This document shows, in pieces, positions 58,641 through 64,000 of a stretch of DNA of 64,000 nucleotides (its first letter is position 1; each line of letters starts with the position of its first letter). Made by a program: the position numbers and the translations under genes. Source of the stretch: an uncultured Acidobacteriota bacterium (GTDB taxonomy: Bacteria; Acidobacteriota; Terriglobia; UBA7540); assembly GCA_963804995.1 (NCBI GenBank), contig CAWDSK010000005.1, positions 192,001-256,000 on the forward strand. The letters run 5' to 3'. Under the pieces are notes generated by a model that worked only from the letters and a program-made list of their open reading frames with translations, searched no databases and had not been told where the DNA came from.

Positions 58641-59819
58641 TTAATCAGTCGCGTTGGGCCGCCCCGGAGTAGTTTTGCCAAGGTGTTCCTGGGGTGGTCC
58701 CTGATAGAAGTACCCCGCGCGGGCCCGAACCTTCGCTCCCGGTCTTCGCACCTCAACTTTGATCTTGTGGTACAGGGTATCCTTGAGGTTGTTGGGGCTA
58801 TAGGTCAATTCGTATTGACTGTGAATCTCGGTGGCAATGCGGCTCACTGCCTCTTGGACCGTGTCCTTTCCCCACTTCTGATAATAGTTGCCGCCTGAAT
58901 AATACGAGAAATACTTCAGCGAGCTTTTGAAAATCAAGCCCTTCACTTCCTCGCCGCCCGCCAGCAGAATCTGGGCCATGGGGATCGGGTCCTCATAAAG
59001 GGCTTCCGCCTGACCGGGGGTGCCGGCCAGGCCGGGAGGCATGGACATCGCCACACTTTCCTTCGCCAAGTCGGGGCGCGGCTCCTTCTGGGGCCTCGCC
59101 CACATGCCCTTGGCGGGATTGAAGCCCAGCCCGTAAACGGTAATATCCGAATTCATGGCCCGCTTGAGGATCTCACCCCGGCTCATTTGGCTGCCCATAT
59201 TGAATCCGTCGGAAAAAACCACCACCACGCGCCTCTCGTCCTTGGGCCGCTTATCAAGCATACTGAGGGCCCGCGCCAGCGCGTCGTCCAAGTGCATCCC
59301 GCCCCTTCCTCCATGCAGCTTGCGCAACGCCGTATCCAGCTTGTCGGCATTGGTCGTGAAGTCCAGGGGTTCGTCCACGCGGTCACTGTAAGTAAGTAGC
59401 GCCACCTCCCCTTGTGGCCCCATCAGCATGTCTGAAAACAAGGGGCCGAGTGGGTGGACATCATCTAGATAAGCTGCCGTGTTGTCGTTGGTTTCTACCA
59501 CGATGACCAGAGATACCCGGCGGATTTCGGTGTCAAAATTCAAGATGGTCTGCGGATCGTCATTGTCGTAAATCTTAAACTCGGCCTTCTCGAGGTCGTA
59601 TACGAATTGCCCGGCCGAATCGAATACCGTCACGGGAGTGCTCACCAACTGGACTTGCTGACGAATCGTCAGGTCACCTTGCGCGGGTTGCTCCGGGGTC
59701 TTTCCCGCCGCCCCCTCCTGCGCAAGGATCGCTCGCACCGAGCCCTGTTCCGCGAACCCTACCAGCAGCACGAGGAAGGCTGCCAGGCAGCCAAGCATAC
59801 GCAGCCATTTCGAACCCAT
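58641..59819 (-). CDS. VWA-domain protein (acidobacterial VWFA-related type)
   Basis: V...PVTVFD..G.FV.DL, FSDG, QYELTY.P, VRARAGY. Confidence 0.85.
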   Translation of the reverse strand: MGSKWLRMLGCLAAFLVLLVGFAEQGSVRAILAQEGAAGKTPEQPAQGDLTIRQQVQLVSTPVTVFDSAGQFVYDLEKAEFKIYDNDDPQTILNFDTEIRRVSLVIVVETNDNTAAYLDDVHPLGPLFSDMLMGPQGEVALLTYSDRVDEPLDFTTNADKLDTALRKLHGGRGGMHLDDALARALSMLDKRPKDERRVVVVFSDGFNMGSQMSRGEILKRAMNSDITVYGLGFNPAKGMWARPQKEPRPDLAKESVAMSMPPGLAGTPGQAEALYEDPIPMAQILLAGGEEVKGLIFKSSLKYFSYYSGGNYYQKWGKDTVQEAVSRIATEIHSQYELTYSPNNLKDTLYHKIKVEVRRPGAKVRARAGYFYQGPPQEHLGKTTPGRPNATD

Positions 59820-59910
59820 GAACGACCTCCCAAAACTTGCCTTCCTGTTGGATGACCGCAAACTCCCCGGCGTTGCAACAATCCACAGGTGGGTTGCTCC
59901 CCACCCAACC

Positions 59911-60678
59911 TTATGTGCCGGGTATACTTTCCGGTCGCGGAGTGCGTTGCCGGACGGCCTCGTAAAGCACCACCCCTGCGGCCACGGAAACATTGAGCGA
60001 GCTCACGGGACCGTGCAATGGGATGTGCCCCATCTCGTCGCAGGCTTCCCGCACCAGACGATGCAATCCCCGTCCTTCGCCGCCCAAAACCAGCACGCAC
60101 CCGGGCGCATAATCGAGCTCAGTGTAAGACTTTGGAGCCTCCGCTTCAAATCCATACACCCAAAGATTGCTTTTCTTCAAGTCCGTCAGCGCCCGCACCA
60201 GGTTGGGAACACGCGCCACCTTGGCGTGCTCCAATGCGCCGGCCGCTGCGCGGGCGACCGCAGGCGAGAGCCCCGCCGCACGCCGCTCCGGAACCATCAC
60301 TCCCGTAGCCCCGGCCGCCACCACGGTGCGAATGATCGCCCCCAGGTTCGCAGGATCTTCCACTCCATCCAACGCCACCAGGAGGGGCCGCTCCTGTGCC
60401 GCGAGCATCTCGCTAAGATCATCATAACCCTTGGGCGTGCACACGGCCACCACGTTTTGGTGTTGAACCGTGCCGGCAGCGCGCTCGACAGCAAGGCGGG
60501 GGACAAAGCGCAGTGAGATACCTGCCACGCGGCAAGCATCAATGATCTCCTGCAACCGCGGATTCTGGTAACCCTGCGTGATCAGAATGTGATCCACCGA
60601 ACGGGTGCCGAGCGCTTCCTTCACGGCGTGGATGCCGTATACCATTTCCGGCCGCTCGCCGCTTTCTCGATTCGACAA
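59911..60678 (-). CDS. rlmB: 23S rRNA Gm2251 methyltransferase
   Basis: YGIHAVKEAL, DPANLGAIIR, GGEGRG, SLNVSVA. Confidence 0.93.
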   Translation of the reverse strand: MSNRESGERPEMVYGIHAVKEALGTRSVDHILITQGYQNPRLQEIIDACRVAGISLRFVPRLAVERAAGTVQHQNVVAVCTPKGYDDLSEMLAAQERPLLVALDGVEDPANLGAIIRTVVAAGATGVMVPERRAAGLSPAVARAAAGALEHAKVARVPNLVRALTDLKKSNLWVYGFEAEAPKSYTELDYAPGCVLVLGGEGRGLHRLVREACDEMGHIPLHGPVSSLNVSVAAGVVLYEAVRQRTPRPESIPGT

Positions 60679-60803
60679 AGAATTACCTCTCCCAGCCAGA
60701 ATTACTCTGGTGCTTTACAAAGTGACTAAAGGGATAATAACCGCTAATCCCCACGACTGGGGTTCAAAAATCAAGCCAGACTTATTGTCCGCCAACCCAA
60801 GCC

Positions 60804-62297
60804 TTACAGTTTCGCCGCCTCTTCAAATTCCCGCAGCCGCTCGGCCACGCTTTTTACGTGATGCGCCAGCGGCAATTTCGAACCCTCTTCGTAGAGGGGA
60901 ATCAGCTTTTCCAGTTCCGGCCCGGAAGCTGCTCCGGTTATTGCCATGCGGATGGGGTGAAACAAATCCTTCCCCTTTTTTCCAGTTTCTTTCTGGACGG
61001 CTTTGGTGATTTCGTGGAAGCGCGCGTAGGTGAGCGTGTCCTCTGCCAACACCTTTGGAATGAACGCCTTCAGCACTTCGCGCGCACCGGGATCCCCGAG
61101 CAAAAATTCCGGCGTAGCCGCAGAACGTTTGGCATCAAATTCGAAAATAATTCGGACCGCCTCAGGAAGCTGGGAAAGATAATCCACATTCTTGAGAGTC
61201 GCATCAAGTACGCGTTCCAGCCACGCGAGAATTTCCGGACTTGGATTTTCGGCCAGGTAGCCACAGGCCTGAAGACGTGGGACAACGCGCGCTACGATGC
61301 TCTGCGGTGAATTTTCCTTCAGGTAGTGCCGATTCAACCAGTACAATTTGTCGTTGTCGAACACCGCCGGGCTCTTGGTAATGTGGTCAAGCGAGAACTG
61401 TTTGACCAGCTCTTCCGGGCTCAGGATTTCGGTCTTTCCGTCTGCTGGCGACCAGCCGAGCAGGGCCAGGTAGTTTCGCAGCGCTTCGGGCAGGATGCCC
61501 ATCTCGCGGAAGCTCTGAAGCGACGTTGCGCCGTGGCGTTTTGATAGCCGCGTGCGGTCTGTTCCCAGAATGGTGGAGAGGTGCGCAAATTCAGGTGGCT
61601 CCCAACCCAGGGCGCGATAGACGGCTAGTTGCCGCGGCGTATTCGAAATGTGGTCGTCGCCGCGGATCACGTGGGTAATTTCCATCAAGTGGTCGTCAAT
61701 CACCACCGCGTAGTTGTAAGCCGGATTGCCCTCCGAGCGGACCAGAATAGGGTCGCCGATGACCTCGCTCGAAAAAGTGGTGGCCCCGTGCACGCGGTCG
61801 TTCCAGAAGAAGCTGCTTTCCACAATCTTCAAGCGCAGGGCCGCCGGCTCACCCGCAGCTTTGCGGCGCGCGGTTTCCTCCGGAGCAAGTTTTCGGCAGC
61901 GGCCCGAATAGCGCGGTTGTCGTCCAGCCTTGAGCTCCTCCTGCCGCTCAGCCTCCAGTTGTTCCGCCGAGCAGAAGCAGTAGTAAGCGTCGCCCTGGGC
62001 CAGCAACTTCTCCGCATACAGCGCGTACGTTCCCCGCCGCTCGGATTGCCGATAGGGACCGAACGGGCCGCCCACGTCCGGCCCCTCGTCCCAGTCGAGG
62101 CCAAACCAGCGCAGGTCTTCCAGCAACTGGCGTTCGTACTCGTCTTTAGACCGCTCCACGTCCGTGTCTTCGATGCGCAGAACGAAGACGCCCCCGTTAT
62201 GCCGCGCGAATAGCCAGTTGAACAAAGCCGTGCGGGCGTTTCCCACGTGCACGTAGCCAGTCGGGCTGGGAGCAAAACGTACTCGAACCTTGGGCAT
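60804..62297 (-). CDS. gltX: Glutamate--tRNA ligase
   Basis: RFAPSPTG.VHVGN, RIEDTD, RGDDH, LSKRHG. Confidence 0.97.
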   Translation of the reverse strand: MPKVRVRFAPSPTGYVHVGNARTALFNWLFARHNGGVFVLRIEDTDVERSKDEYERQLLEDLRWFGLDWDEGPDVGGPFGPYRQSERRGTYALYAEKLLAQGDAYYCFCSAEQLEAERQEELKAGRQPRYSGRCRKLAPEETARRKAAGEPAALRLKIVESSFFWNDRVHGATTFSSEVIGDPILVRSEGNPAYNYAVVIDDHLMEITHVIRGDDHISNTPRQLAVYRALGWEPPEFAHLSTILGTDRTRLSKRHGATSLQSFREMGILPEALRNYLALLGWSPADGKTEILSPEELVKQFSLDHITKSPAVFDNDKLYWLNRHYLKENSPQSIVARVVPRLQACGYLAENPSPEILAWLERVLDATLKNVDYLSQLPEAVRIIFEFDAKRSAATPEFLLGDPGAREVLKAFIPKVLAEDTLTYARFHEITKAVQKETGKKGKDLFHPIRMAITGAASGPELEKLIPLYEEGSKLPLAHHVKSVAERLREFEEAAKL

Positions 62298-62340
62298 GAA
62301 TTTCCGGCCTTTCGGGAATCCTTAAAGATAACACACAGGT

Positions 62341-62552
62341 CGGGATTCGGGACACGGGAGACGGGAAACGGGACACGGGACACGGGGTACGGGACACGGG
62401 ATTAGGGGTTCGGGATTAGGGGCCGGATTTCCGATTAATGGTCGACGATTGGCAAGCCGTTTACGACTAGCTGTTGGCTGTTAGCTGTGAGCTGTTAGCT
62501 ATCAGCAGAAGGGGACACGGGAGTAGCTGTTGGCTGTCAGCGGTTAGCTGTC
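62341..62552 (+). repeat. Heptamer repeats (CGGGACA)n and (TAGCTGT)n upstream of gltX
   Basis: cgggatt cgggaca cgggaga cgggaaa...; tagctgt tggctgt tagctgt. Confidence 0.85.
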
Positions 62553-62979
62553 CGTGGCTCGGCTTCGCTTGTTCCTGCGGTTATCAAAGTCTTCAGGAAG
62601 TGAGATGGCGCTGGCACCAGAGGTTTTTTCCGAATACGCAACCCTGCGGGAGTGGAGCGACTTCGGGCAACCCTATGGCATTTATCGCGCGTAGTCACCG
62701 ATTACAGATTCTTCTATCCCAATGCTGCGCGGGCATAGGGCACTTCTACGTGTAGGCCGTTATAGAACCAAGTGGCACCCACTTGACGGGAAGGAGACTT
62801 CTCATTCCCAATCCGATCGCGATGCAATGGATTGCATGGAAGTCATTGATGGGATATTGACTTCGCAGCAGTCAGCCAGGCGGCAGCACATTTGCGTAGG
62901 CAAGTTACACGATCAAGCGGATCGCACTATAATCAAACGCGTCGAATCATCCGCACTTCGTCCTAGATGGAGTCTCCCC

Positions 62980-63483
62980 ATGAACAAAAAGCGCTTTCTG
63001 GGCTTTGCTGCCAAGGTCATAGCTGCACAGGTGACCACCTATTTCCTGGCAGGGGCGGTGTTTTATCCACTCCTCACCAAGCCATACTACGAGGGACCCA
63101 ATCCCATGTTTGCGGTCTTCCTGCGCACGGAAGCCGATTTGGGATTGTGGGCCCACGTGGTTAATTGGTTTCTGCCGGCTGAAATCTTGCGGGGTACCCT
63201 GATTGCCGCGGTTCTCTATCCGCTGTACGACATCCTGAAGGCGTGGTCGTTCCTGAAACGGTTCCTCTATGTTGCCAGTCTTTACTTGGTCCTGGGCTTC
63301 TGGGCGGCGACCGTCGCCGCTCCCGGAACACTGGAAGGCATGGTCTACATGCGGCCCTTTATCACGCCGGAGGTGCATCTCCGTGTGCAGCCGGAAATCA
63401 CCTTACAGGGGCTGGCCTTGGCGTTGTTCATCGCGGGAGCCATGATGGAACAACCTAATTCACTGGATCGGGTGCTGCCCTGA
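62980..63483 (+). CDS. Hypothetical membrane protein
   Basis: About four hydrophobic helices; GGAG RBS. Confidence 0.7.
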   Translation: MNKKRFLGFAAKVIAAQVTTYFLAGAVFYPLLTKPYYEGPNPMFAVFLRTEADLGLWAHVVNWFLPAEILRGTLIAAVLYPLYDILKAWSFLKRFLYVASLYLVLGFWAATVAAPGTLEGMVYMRPFITPEVHLRVQPEITLQGLALALFIAGAMMEQPNSLDRVLP

Positions 63484-63507
63484 GCGGGTGCTCTCTTAGC
63501 CCCGCGA

Positions 63508-64000
63508 TCACGCCAGGGGAGGCGAAGGAACATTTGCCTTCACCCAACGCAGCAATGTGCTCATTCTCTCATGATGCGATCCCTCCCAGTAAACGCGCTG
63601 GCAGTTCGGGCAAACGCGAAAGACCTCCTTTTCCCTTATCTTGGGTGGCAACCGCTCCAATAGCGTTTCCCGGCTAGCTTCTTCCAGGATGGTATTGCAC
63701 TCCAGGCAGCGCGTGAACGGGCGCATGGACCCGGCGAGATCAAACCGCGTGACCACCTCGAGCAACTGCTGTTTCGGCTCGGTGGAGCGGACCCAATAGC
63801 CACGATCCACAGCGGTTCGCATCAAGAGATAACGATCCCGAGTCAGCAACACTCGTCCCTCGCGCGCCACGATGCCAGCCAAGTCAGCATCGGAGGCCTG
63901 GTTGCCATAGAGTGCATCGAACCCCGCCATGCGCAGATAGGCCGCCAGTCGCCCGACGTGCACGTCCAGCAGGAATCGCAGCGCTCGCAGGGGCGCCGGG
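63508..64000 (-). CDS. Mut7-C RNase (PIN-like) domain protein, 5' end outside window
   Basis: LDVHVGRLA.YLRM.GFD, LLTRDR, RCLECN, CPNCQRVYW.GSH. Confidence 0.88.
   Translation of the reverse strand, partial: PAPLRALRFLLDVHVGRLAAYLRMAGFDALYGNQASDADLAGIVAREGRVLLTRDRYLLMRTAVDRGYWVRSTEPKQQLLEVVTRFDLAGSMRPFTRCLECNTILEEASRETLLERLPPKIREKEVFRVCPNCQRVYWEGSHHERMSTLLRWVKANVPSPPLA

Overview
GC-rich bacterial chromosomal window, probably Acidobacteriota. This is inferred from gene content (acidobacterial VWA protein, wHTH-kinase-propeller, CoA transferase context) and is not proven. The housekeeping backbone includes kdgK-eda, trpC-F-B-A-chorismate mutase-aroF ... tyrA, CoA transferase A/B, surE, rlmN, pgeF, acpS, rlmB and gltX. 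It is interrupted by a ~6 kb accessory island between aroF and tyrA (IS1-type end with passenger genes, an internally deleted toxin, a 2TM + beta-rich gene pair, an IS200/RAYT tail and a 6x121-bp REP array) and by a decayed toxin-antitoxin patch at 51.6-55.4 kb. Notable loci are: (1) an archaeal-type PolB2 / arCOG07300-like / inactive-RadA operon with a clean sigma70 promoter whose spacer is a TTCGC direct repeat, and whose proteins carry long in-frame inserts made of inverted heptamer repeats; (2) a YdaL/YdaM-like deacetylase-hydrolase + GT2 + wecB polysaccharide locus; (3) a GDGT-ring-synthase-like radical SAM gene; (4) many nested CTAG-flanked MITEs/REPs, one holding an intact IS4; (5) a duplicated, structured non-coding element. 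All family calls are from motif recognition by eye; no database searches were run. No rRNA, tRNA or CRISPR array was found.
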